Notes under the pieces: generated by a model
Told to the model about the DNA's origin: nothing
Seen by the model: the letters and a program-made list of their open reading frames with translations, nothing else
Database searches by the model: none
From: Candidatus Poribacteria bacterium
GTDB taxonomy: Bacteria > Poribacteria > WGA-4E > DTYX01
Direction of reading: 5' to 3'
Assembly: GCA_012961655.1 (NCBI GenBank)
Contig: DTYX01000219.1
Span: 1 to 28,708 of the forward strand
Length of the DNA stretch: 28,708 nt
Position numbers and translations under genes: made by a program
Shown: in pieces, positions 9,500-17,003 of the stretch
Numbering within the stretch: position 1 is the first letter of the stretch
How the letters are laid out: each line of letters starts with the position of its first letter

Positions 9500-10165
9500 T
9501 TAAGAGATTTTACCGTCTTTCATCTGAATTATTCTATCCGCATCATCTCTCAAGTCCAGGTGATGAGTAACAATGACAATTGTTGTTTGGTGTTCATGTC
9601 TCAGTTGGCGCACCAAATCCATAAGATTTTCGCTCTGGCGGCTGTCGAGATTAGCGGTGGGTTCGTCGGCAAAAATAATCTGAGGTTTATTCGCCAATGC
9701 GCGTGCGAAAGATACGCGCTGTTTCTCGCCGCCTGAGAGCTGGGCGGGTCGATGATGCAAACGTTTCGATAGCCCTACCTGCCCGAGCAATTCCTTGGCG
9801 CGTCCCTCAGCTTTGTCCCCTTTAACGCCCGCTATGTCCAATGCAATCATCACGTTTTCCAGCGCTGTAAGGTAGGGAATTAGATTAAATAGTTGAAAGA
9901 CAAATCCGAGCTTTTCCCGTCGAATGGACGGGAGGTCATCGTTTGCGTAATCGATTTTCCTGCCCTCTATCCACACCTCGCCCTCTGTTGGTGTCAAGAT
10001 GCAACCCAATAAACTGATGAGAGTAGTTTTCCCACAGCCGCTATCGCCCATAATCATCACCAATTCACCCGCTTCGATGGCGATATCCGCGTTGTCCACA
10101 GCGACAACTGCCGCATCTCCTTCACCAAATCGTTTGGTCAAGCCATGTCCTTCTAAAACTGGCAT
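9500..10165 (-). CDS. ABC transporter ATP-binding protein (LolD/MacB-like)
   Basis: 221 aa with Walker A GDSGCGKT, Q-loop GFVFQ, signature LSGGEKQRV, Walker B IFADEPT and H-loop VTH. Confidence 0.92.
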   Translation of the reverse strand: MPVLEGHGLTKRFGEGDAAVVAVDNADIAIEAGELVMIMGDSGCGKTTLISLLGCILTPTEGEVWIEGRKIDYANDDLPSIRREKLGFVFQLFNLIPYLTALENVMIALDIAGVKGDKAEGRAKELLGQVGLSKRLHHRPAQLSGGEKQRVSFARALANKPQIIFADEPTANLDSRQSENLMDLVRQLRHEHQTTIVIVTHHLDLRDDADRIIQMKDGKIS

Positions 10166-10253
10166 AATTTACACCTCGTGATTGTTTTATGACTTTAATA
10201 TCATATTTTCCACTAAACGTCAAGAAGAAGTATGCGAGGCCAGAAATTCGCAC

Positions 10254-10282
10254 TTGACATTTAGGCATAAATATTGTACACT
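10254..10282 (+). promoter_or_regulatory. Sigma70 promoter for the YbjN/CesT-pspA genes
   Basis: TTGACA (10254-10259), 17-bp spacer, TACACT (10277-10282). Confidence 0.7.
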
Positions 10283-10318
10283 TGAAGACATAAAACGGTG
10301 AAAAAAGGGGGGGAATTT

Positions 10319-10699
10319 ATGGCTACAAACCGTGATATTGAAGCCTATTTTAATAAACTAGAATTGGATTATAAAACAGTTGGAGAGGGGATATGGCTCC
10401 TAAATCTTGAGGACCAAGGCATTGACAATCTCGTCATCAACCATGAACCACCGGTAATTGTTTTGCGAATAAAGTTGATGGAGACGCCGCAAAAAAATCG
10501 CGAGCAATTTTTTCAGCGTCTACTGGAATTGAATGGCATAGACCTACTTCACGGCGCCTATGCGTTAGAAGAGGATAACGTGGTTTTGGTGGATTCACTT
10601 CAATCGGAACATCTGGACCTCAATGAGTTGGAAGCTTCGATAGAATCACTGGCTTTTGCCGCGACTCAAAATTATGCGGAATTGTCCAATTATCGCTAA
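10319..10699 (+). CDS. YbjN / CesT-like (T3SS chaperone fold) protein
   Basis: 126 aa and acidic, with a FFQRLLELN...HGAYAL...VVLVD...LDLNELEASI pattern. ATG 10319 follows a G-rich RBS and is preferred over GTG 10298. Confidence 0.75.
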   Translation: MATNRDIEAYFNKLELDYKTVGEGIWLLNLEDQGIDNLVINHEPPVIVLRIKLMETPQKNREQFFQRLLELNGIDLLHGAYALEEDNVVLVDSLQSEHLDLNELEASIESLAFAATQNYAELSNYR

Positions 10700-10761
10700 G
10701 TCTAAAAATCTTTAAACACAGTCCATTTGCATAACGAAATAATAACCTGGAGGTGTCAACC

Positions 10762-11442
10762 ATGGGTGTTTTTGACCGAATCTCATCAATCTTCAAGGCA
10801 AATGTGAATCATCTGCTCAGCAAAGCCGAAGACCCTGAAAAAATGCTTAATCAAATTGTTTTGGAGATGAATGAGCAATTAGCAAAAACCAAGCAACAAG
10901 TGACCGCGGCTATCGCAGATGAGAAGCGCTTGGAGAAACAGTATAAGCATGAGGAATCTCAAGTGCAAGAATGGGAACGTAAAGCGGCATTAGCCGTGCA
11001 GAGGGAAAATGATACGCTTGCCAAAGAAGCTCTGGCACGCCGAAATGAACATCAGAATTTAGCCAATGAATATAAAATTCAGTGGGAGAAACAGAAACAA
11101 GCGGTGGATGAACTCAAAGAGAGCTTGAGAGCATTAGAGCGTAAAATCGAAGAAGCCGCTCGCAAGAAAAATCTACTCATCGCCCGGCAAAAACGTGCCA
11201 AAGCTCAAAAGCAGATTCATGAGACTATGGCAGGCATGAGAGATGGCAGCGCCTTCGAGTCTTTCGAACGTATGGAGGAGAAGGTAACTGACATGGAAGC
11301 CCGCGCTGATGCGGCTGTCGAGATGGCTCAGACAGAAGATGTTAAACTTGAAGATCAGTTTGCTGAATTAGAAAAAGAGGGTAGCATCGATGATGACCTA
11401 GCCGCGCTGAAGGCGAAAGTATCGTCGCAATCACAGGCATAG
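10762..11442 (+). CDS. pspA: PspA/IM30 (ESCRT-III superfamily) protein
   Basis: 226 aa with MGVFDRISSIFKANVN..LSKAEDPEKML, a long coiled coil, and FERMEEKV...EARADA...LEDQFAELE...IDDDLAALKAK. GGAGG lies 9 nt before ATG 10762. Confidence 0.93.
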   Translation: MGVFDRISSIFKANVNHLLSKAEDPEKMLNQIVLEMNEQLAKTKQQVTAAIADEKRLEKQYKHEESQVQEWERKAALAVQRENDTLAKEALARRNEHQNLANEYKIQWEKQKQAVDELKESLRALERKIEEAARKKNLLIARQKRAKAQKQIHETMAGMRDGSAFESFERMEEKVTDMEARADAAVEMAQTEDVKLEDQFAELEKEGSIDDDLAALKAKVSSQSQA

Positions 11443-11449
11443 GCGTAAA

Positions 11450-11501
11450 GGGAAGAGGACAGAGAATAAATGTATTCACGTAGGTTTGTTGTCCTCTTTC
11501 C
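11450..11501 (+). terminator. Long-loop hairpin downstream of pspA
   Basis: Arms gggaagaggaca and tgtcctctttcc with a loop of about 28 nt. There is no clean U-tract. Confidence 0.35.
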
Positions 11502-11629
11502 TGCGTAAAAAGGTAGTAGTGCATCTTCATGACTATTGAGATAATGAATTTCTAAGATATGAATCGTTGGATTGGAGATAATTTGAGAGGATATTCAGTA
11601 GAAAATAACCCCAAAAGAAAGGTGATACA

Positions 11630-12895
11630 TTGTCCACTCAAAATAGTAGCAAATCATACAGACTAAATATTTACCATCTTTCCTTCTGGAGTATTTTTCT
11701 AACATTAGCTTTTATAATCACTTCATGCACTTATCCGGGGCGCGGCAAAGCTCCAGAGATTAGATTGACCATTGAAAATCCTCTTCCAATAAAACGTAAA
11801 GATGTTCCAATTATCTTGAAACTTAGCGACTTGAAAAAAGTGGCGGCTGATTTTTCGCTGAATATGTTCCGGGTTGCCACCGCCGATAATCGAGATATCT
11901 CCAGTCAAGCGGATGATATGAATAGTGATGGCGAAAGGGATGAATTGGTCTTTCTCATCGATTTAGAACCTCAACAAATCAAAGAGATAGTTATCATGTA
12001 CACGCCCCGTGATACGAGTGCCAATCCCCAGTATACCAGTATCACTATCGGTTACACAAAGCGTGTTCAAGCGGGTGTTTTTCCTGAACTGAAGGGGATA
12101 GCTTGGGAATCTGAGTTTATCGCATACCGCTTGCCTTTCAATGAAAGAACCTCCGTGGGTGTATTTTGTAAAGAAACCGAAGGTCTGTCATTTCCCCAAC
12201 TCATATCTGATATATCCGCAGGGCGCCAAACAGCGATGCCAATACAGCCAATTGATAGTTGGTTTGGCTGCGGTGGATTTGCTCTTTGGGATGGCGAGAC
12301 GTTGATTCCATTGGGCGATCAAAGCAATCCATACCCGCGCATAATTGCCAATGGACCTATTCGAGCGGTGGTTCAACTGATTTTCGATAACTGGAAATTT
12401 CGTTCTGATGTATTAAAAGTAACCTCTACCTTTTCAATCTTTGGAGGACAACAGTGGTCGAAACATCACCTAAAAATCGAAGGAAATAGCGCTCCTATCC
12501 AGATTGCGACCGGGCTTCCAAAACCGAAAAATATTAAGGTAACCCAGAATGTAAAAGAGGGGTTTATCTACACTTGGGGCAAACAATCCAACTGGTCTCT
12601 ATCCGATAAACTTGGATTGTCAATAATTTATCCCACCAACTATTTCGATTCTGCCAAAGAAGACATCCCTGTCAAGGGCATCACGAAGCAAATCCTTAAT
12701 CATGCCATCATTTTGAATCCTGATGAAGAGAGTCAATTGCAATACTATTTTATGGCTGCTTGGAACCGCGGGGAAGATGGCGTAAAAACTGAAGCTGATT
12801 TCGCCAATCTGGTGAAATTCACCGCCGCGGAAATTAATGCGCCGCCTATTGTGAAAATCTTACCTAAAGCATTAAAAAGTAGAACTGCTAAATGA
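11630..12895 (+). CDS. DUF4861-family lipoprotein
   Basis: 421 aa with a hydrophobic stretch ending in the lipobox-like ITSC. Motifs SQADDMNSDGERDELVF, IAWESEFIAYR, GCGGFALW and NGPIRAVV. The TTG start after gaaaggtg is uncertain. Confidence 0.7.
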   Translation: MSTQNSSKSYRLNIYHLSFWSIFLTLAFIITSCTYPGRGKAPEIRLTIENPLPIKRKDVPIILKLSDLKKVAADFSLNMFRVATADNRDISSQADDMNSDGERDELVFLIDLEPQQIKEIVIMYTPRDTSANPQYTSITIGYTKRVQAGVFPELKGIAWESEFIAYRLPFNERTSVGVFCKETEGLSFPQLISDISAGRQTAMPIQPIDSWFGCGGFALWDGETLIPLGDQSNPYPRIIANGPIRAVVQLIFDNWKFRSDVLKVTSTFSIFGGQQWSKHHLKIEGNSAPIQIATGLPKPKNIKVTQNVKEGFIYTWGKQSNWSLSDKLGLSIIYPTNYFDSAKEDIPVKGITKQILNHAIILNPDEESQLQYYFMAAWNRGEDGVKTEADFANLVKFTAAEINAPPIVKILPKALKSRTAK

Positions 12896-13617
12896 GTTAC
12901 CAGGAAAGAACATATCGTAAATGGGTTAAGCATGATGATTTGACGGTTGTGCGTGTTTCAGAAGGAGAGACCGATTTGTTGATATCAGGCGATATTGACC
13001 TTAAAAAAGATGCGCTGGCGCCAATAAAACGATACCGTCAAGATATTAGTCAGTACGTCGCGCGGAGCCCCAATTTTCAGACATCACTCTCTCCAATAGA
13101 TGTTGAGGATGATGCGCCTGAAATCGTCAGGCAAATGGCCGCCGCCGCACAAAAAGCTTCAGTTGGGCCGATGGCTGCTGTCGCTGGCGCGATAGCCGAA
13201 TTTGTCGGGAAAGATTTGTTGAAATTCAGCGAGCAGATTATCGTCGAAAACGGCGGCGACATCTTTATTAAAACTTCAGAAAAACGTGTACTCGGTATCT
13301 ACGCCGGCAACTCACCGTTTACAGGTAAAATGGCATTCAGGATAGAGGCTGACCAAACCCCTTTAGGTATCTGCACATCAGCCGGTACAGTTGGACATTC
13401 TCTCAGCTTTGGCAAAGCCGATGCCGTCACTATTTTTTCCAGATCAACATCACTTGCTGATGCCGTTGCTACTGCCACGGGGAATATAGTCTCCGGACCC
13501 GAGGATATCGAAAAGGGCATTGAATTTGCTAAATCCATCGAAGGTGTCGAAGGCGTCGTTATTATCGTCGGCAGTTCATGCGGAGCTTGGGGAGAGGTAA
13601 CGATGGTCAAAGCATAA
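12892..13617 (+). CDS. UPF0280 / COG2122 ApbE-like protein (MA1715 homolog)
   Basis: 241 aa with VGPMAAVAGAIAE, VENGGDI, GICTSAGTVGHSLSFG.ADAV and LADAVATA.GN. Its start overlaps the upstream stop (ATGA). Confidence 0.88.
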   Translation: MSYQERTYRKWVKHDDLTVVRVSEGETDLLISGDIDLKKDALAPIKRYRQDISQYVARSPNFQTSLSPIDVEDDAPEIVRQMAAAAQKASVGPMAAVAGAIAEFVGKDLLKFSEQIIVENGGDIFIKTSEKRVLGIYAGNSPFTGKMAFRIEADQTPLGICTSAGTVGHSLSFGKADAVTIFSRSTSLADAVATATGNIVSGPEDIEKGIEFAKSIEGVEGVVIIVGSSCGAWGEVTMVKA

Positions 13618-13644
13618 TGTCGAAAAGTTATAGGAGAAATATTT

Positions 13645-13701
13645 ATGTTTGAGCTTGAATATTTGACAGATAAGAATGGTCAACTAAAGGCGTTAAGATG
13701 A
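13645..13701 (+). pseudogene. 18-codon gene stub (MFELEYLTDKNGQLKALR)
   Basis: Good RBS (aggaga) and ATG. The peptide resembles the Y.TD..G...AV N-terminus of small antitoxin-like hypothetical proteins but stops at once. Confidence 0.35.
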
Positions 13702-13797
13702 AAGGCTATCCCAATCGTGGCTGCGAATCAAATTTACTTATGATAACGCTAGCACAAACTAAAATTTGCTGAAGCAAGGAAGGAATTAAAGTCAATT

Positions 13798-14205
13798 ATG
13801 GTATCAAACAGAGTCGTACTGCATTTTCCACGCGAGATATCGAACCAACCTATCATTTATCGATTAGTCAAAGAGTATGACTTAATGTTCAACATCCTAC
13901 AAGCAAGAATCGACCCAGATAGAGAGGGATTGCTCATCTTAGAGCTGAGTGGTTCAAGAGAAAACTATGCCGAAGGCATCAAGTATTTGCAAAGTCAGGG
14001 CGTCGGGTTTCAATTGCTCAGTCAGGATATTCGTAGAAATGAGGAGCGATGCGTTCATTGCGGCGCTTGCACGGCAATCTGTCCCACCGGCGCATTATTC
14101 ATGAATAGGGCAGAGATGACAGTGGATTTTGACAGCGCGAAGTGCATCGCCTGTCTGCTCTGCATGCGGATGTGTCCACAACGAGCTATTGAGGTAACTT
14201 TGTAA
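13798..14205 (+). CDS. NIL domain + 2x[4Fe-4S] ferredoxin (MA1822-like)
   Basis: 135 aa. The N-terminus (LHFP...PIIYRLVKEYDLMFNILQARI...GLLILEL.G) is a NIL domain, followed by CVHCGACTAICP and CIACLLCMRMCP. Confidence 0.92.
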   Translation: MVSNRVVLHFPREISNQPIIYRLVKEYDLMFNILQARIDPDREGLLILELSGSRENYAEGIKYLQSQGVGFQLLSQDIRRNEERCVHCGACTAICPTGALFMNRAEMTVDFDSAKCIACLLCMRMCPQRAIEVTL

Positions 14206-14230
14206 AATATCGCATTACTACCTCAGGATA

Positions 14231-14372
14231 GAAATTCTCCATGATAGAATTTTCGTAACCGTAGCGGAAGTCGCAAGACTTCCGGCAAGACGTAGTCGAA
14301 GTCGTAAGACTTCGGACTACAGACGAACTTCAGAATTGTTGCCAATTCTGCTACAAACGTGGGGAATTTTTG
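14231..14372 (-). mobile_element. MITE/REPIN-like composite element, copy 1 (longest, three GTAG hairpins)
   Basis: Ends aaattctcca and tggggaattt match as inverted repeats at 9/10. Cargo: 14261 GTAG-CGGAAGTC-GCAA-GACTTCCG, 14292 GTAGTCGAAGTC-GTAA-GACTTCGGACTAC, and 14331-14354(-) GTAG-CAGAATTG-GCAA-CAATTCTG. The reverse complement aligns with 21795-21897. Confidence 0.75.
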
Positions 14373-14389
14373 ATCCTTTAAAAATCTTA

Positions 14390-14418
14390 TTGACAAAATC
14401 ATTTGTTTTAGATATAAT
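14390..14418 (+). promoter_or_regulatory. Perfect-consensus sigma70 promoter
   Basis: TTGACA (14390-14395), 17-bp spacer, TATAAT (14413-14418). RBS aaggagga precedes ATG 14486. Confidence 0.88.
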
Positions 14419-14485
14419 AATAGTTAAATCTTCGGCATGATAAGTAACATAAAAAAAATCCGAAGATTTAAGGAGGATTAAAATT

Positions 14486-15268
14486 ATGAAAAAATCTGTT
14501 TGTCAATTCGCTTCGCGATGGTCTATGATTAGAAAAGTTATGCGGTTTGTAACATTATTCATACTCTTTAGCTTCGCTTTCTTTAGCGTATCGATTATGA
14601 TAGTTGACGCAGACTCAGGAAGTTTTGAAGCTGAAGATTTTGTTGCAAGGAAAGGCAATGATGATGCCTTACGGATTGAAAGTGATGGTTTTGAAGAGAC
14701 TGATGTCGATGGAAATACCTATACGATTTCAAACGCCTCAGGCGGTGCTTTTATAATCACCCCCAATGGTGTAGATGGTTCTGGAACTTGGATTAAGTAT
14801 GAACTCACCGTCCAAGGCGGTAGTTACTACTGGTGGGCTAGAGCTATTGCTCCATCTGTCTCTGACAATTCTGTATTCTGGGCATTCGATATTAGCGATG
14901 CTGAAGCTGATGCTAATCAAGAAGGCACCGTCACCAACATCTTCGACTTTTTTGAAAAAGAGGAACTCAGAAAATTCTACACTACCGATTGGTTCGTGTA
15001 TCCGCTAACGAGTCGGAATGGGCCATGGCCTGGTAGGGAGCTAGACCAATATCCTGCTGACCTACCGGAGACGATTGATGAGCTAATACCCACACCGACG
15101 GCGACAGTGGAGTTAGCTGCCGGCAAACATACGTTGCATATTATCTATCGTGAGGATGGGACATCTATCGACAAGTTTTACTATTCGACAGAACCCACTC
15201 ACCCCACCCCAGTGCAACGGGCAGGCAAGCTGACTGCAACTTGGGCGCAAATTAAACAGGCCAAATAA
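14486..15268 (+). CDS. Secreted beta-sandwich (CBM6/35-like) protein with C-terminal GKLTATWAQIK motif
   Basis: 260 aa. A basic N-terminus and a hydrophobic segment suggest a signal peptide. FEAEDF at the mature start, YYWWAR and GKHTLHIIYREDGTSIDKF resemble galactose-binding-like folds. The tail is HPTPVQRAGKLTATWAQIKQAK. Confidence 0.7.
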   Translation: MKKSVCQFASRWSMIRKVMRFVTLFILFSFAFFSVSIMIVDADSGSFEAEDFVARKGNDDALRIESDGFEETDVDGNTYTISNASGGAFIITPNGVDGSGTWIKYELTVQGGSYYWWARAIAPSVSDNSVFWAFDISDAEADANQEGTVTNIFDFFEKEELRKFYTTDWFVYPLTSRNGPWPGRELDQYPADLPETIDELIPTPTATVELAAGKHTLHIIYREDGTSIDKFYYSTEPTHPTPVQRAGKLTATWAQIKQAK

Positions 15269-15290
15269 TTCGTTTTTTGTAATAATAGAT

Positions 15291-15327
15291 AAGGATGAGA
15301 GATTGATAGCAAATTTCTCATCCTTTT
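15291..15327 (+). terminator. Probable intrinsic terminator
   Basis: Perfect 10-bp arms aaggatgaga and tctcatcctt, a 15-nt loop and a short T-run, starting about 22 nt after the stop. Confidence 0.5.
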
Positions 15328-15429
15328 CAATTTTAGCCTTCCATTCGATAATTTACATCTTGCCCTATAACAACGATATGCAATAATCCAAAATTCGCAT
15401 CCCCAGAATAGATTCAGGAGGTACAAAAG

Positions 15430-16257
15430 ATGCAATTTAAACGAGAAGAGATACTCAAACGTCTGAAAGATATCGTGGCTTCTGGCCGACCAATTATCGG
15501 TGGCGGCGCGGGGACAGGTATCTCCGCTAAATGCGAGGAGGCTGGTGGTATCGACCTAATCGTTATTTATAACTCAGGGCGTTACCGAATGGCCGGGCGC
15601 GGTTCGCTGGCGGGATTGATGCCTTATGGCGACGCCAATCAAATTGTCGTCGAGATGGCAAGCGAGGTATTGCCAGTCGTCAAAAATACGCCCGTATTAG
15701 CTGGAGTTTGCGGCACCGACCCGTTTCGGCTCATGGATGTATTCCTTAAACAATTGATGGATATTGGATTCTCCGGCGTCCAAAACTTCCCGACGGTTGG
15801 TATTATGGATGGCATATACCGACAGAATCTTGAAGAAACGGGCATGGGCTATGGCTTGGAAGTAGATATGATTCGGAAAGCGCATGAACTTGACATATTC
15901 ACAACGCCTTACGCCTTCAACGAAGAGGAGGCGAAACAGATGGCCCAAGCCGGCGCCGATATCCTCGTCGCTCACATGGGCTTGACGACGAAAGGCACAA
16001 TCGGCGCAACAACAGCTTTGACACTTGAAGAAGCTGCCAAACGAGTGCAAGCCCTTCATGACGCCGCCAAGTCTGTGAATCCCGATATCCTTGTCATCTG
16101 TCACGGAGGACCGATAGCAGAACCTGAGGATGCCAAATATGTCCTCGAACATACTGAAGGAGTTGTCGGATTTTACGGCGCGTCCAGCATGGAACGCCTG
16201 CCGACTGAACGAGCGATAACCGGGCAGATTGAAGCATTTAAACAAATTACCCTGTAA
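15430..16257 (+). CDS. PEP hydrolase-like / TIM-barrel signal transduction protein (Tm-1 C-terminal-like)
   Basis: 275 aa with [68 protein letters not shown] and [12 protein letters not shown]. Confidence 0.92.
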   Translation: MQFKREEILKRLKDIVASGRPIIGGGAGTGISAKCEEAGGIDLIVIYNSGRYRMAGRGSLAGLMPYGDANQIVVEMASEVLPVVKNTPVLAGVCGTDPFRLMDVFLKQLMDIGFSGVQNFPTVGIMDGIYRQNLEETGMGYGLEVDMIRKAHELDIFTTPYAFNEEEAKQMAQAGADILVAHMGLTTKGTIGATTALTLEEAAKRVQALHDAAKSVNPDILVICHGGPIAEPEDAKYVLEHTEGVVGFYGASSMERLPTERAITGQIEAFKQITL

Positions 16258-16320
16258 ATTTTCATTGAGGGAAAACCTCCTAAGTCTCTGAGATTTAGGA
16301 AACTTGTTAAGGAGATAAAA

Positions 16321-16827
16321 ATGGAACTTATGGACGTAATTCGTCAGAGAAGAAGTATTCGTAGGTATAAATCCGACCCAGTGCCAGAAGATGACATAGA
16401 ATATGTTCTGGAAGCCGCGAGACTTGCGCCGTCGTGGGCTAACAGCCAATGTTGGAAATTCATCGTAATCAAAGATGAGACTGTCAAACAGGAGTTAGCC
16501 AAAGCGGGAAATGGTTGGATAGCGCAAGCGCCAGTCATAATAGCCGCGTGTGCCGACCCCACTAAATCAGGTGTCAAAGGTGACCAGCAGTATTATATGC
16601 TGGACATCGGTATTGCGATGGAACATCTCATTTTGGCGGCAACTGAGCGTGGACTGGGAACATGCTGGATAGGTTGGTTTGAAGAAAAGCCAGCGAAAAA
16701 AGCTCTGGGTGTACCAGAGGAAATCCGACTTGTAGCGACAACGCCACTGGGATATCCAGATGAATCGCCAAAGTCAAGAGGACGAAAAGAACTGGAAGAA
16801 ATTACCAGTTTTGATAAGTATGAGTGA
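16321..16827 (+). CDS. Nitroreductase family protein
   Basis: 168 aa with RRSIRRY, APSWANSQCWKF, LAATERGLGTCWIG and LGYP. Confidence 0.93.
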   Translation: MELMDVIRQRRSIRRYKSDPVPEDDIEYVLEAARLAPSWANSQCWKFIVIKDETVKQELAKAGNGWIAQAPVIIAACADPTKSGVKGDQQYYMLDIGIAMEHLILAATERGLGTCWIGWFEEKPAKKALGVPEEIRLVATTPLGYPDESPKSRGRKELEEITSFDKYE

Positions 16828-16965
16828 GGTTTTGGATTTACTAATCTTCAATACATAAGAGGGGAAGAATTTCTTCTGACAGATGCGCATATCACGTTTA
16901 AATTGGAAGAACTTCGGGGAGCGTATGCCACGAATATGATTCAGAACCACTACATAAAAAGAGTA

Positions 16966-16998
16966 AGAAACCGAGTTTTTCGGAAAAACTCGGTTTCT
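16966..16998. repeat. AGAAACCGAG palindromic repeat, probable bidirectional terminator
   Basis: Perfect 15-bp arms agaaaccgagttttt and aaaaactcggtttct with a 3-nt loop, lying between convergent genes. Confidence 0.8.
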
Positions 16999-17003
16999 AT
17001 ACG

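Noticed and set aside
12892-13617. Calling UPF0280 an ApbE flavin transferase
   Set aside because: It is too short, has no lipoprotein signal, and its motifs fit the COG2122 subfamily.
14231-14372. Possible CRISPR array from the repeated gaagtcg(c/t)aagacttc units
   Set aside because: Only 2-3 units, no unique spacers of constant length and no cas genes. REP hairpins explain it better.
15697-16449. 250-aa minus-strand ORF
   Set aside because: Antisense shadow of the well-supported TIM-barrel and nitroreductase genes, with no recognisable motifs.
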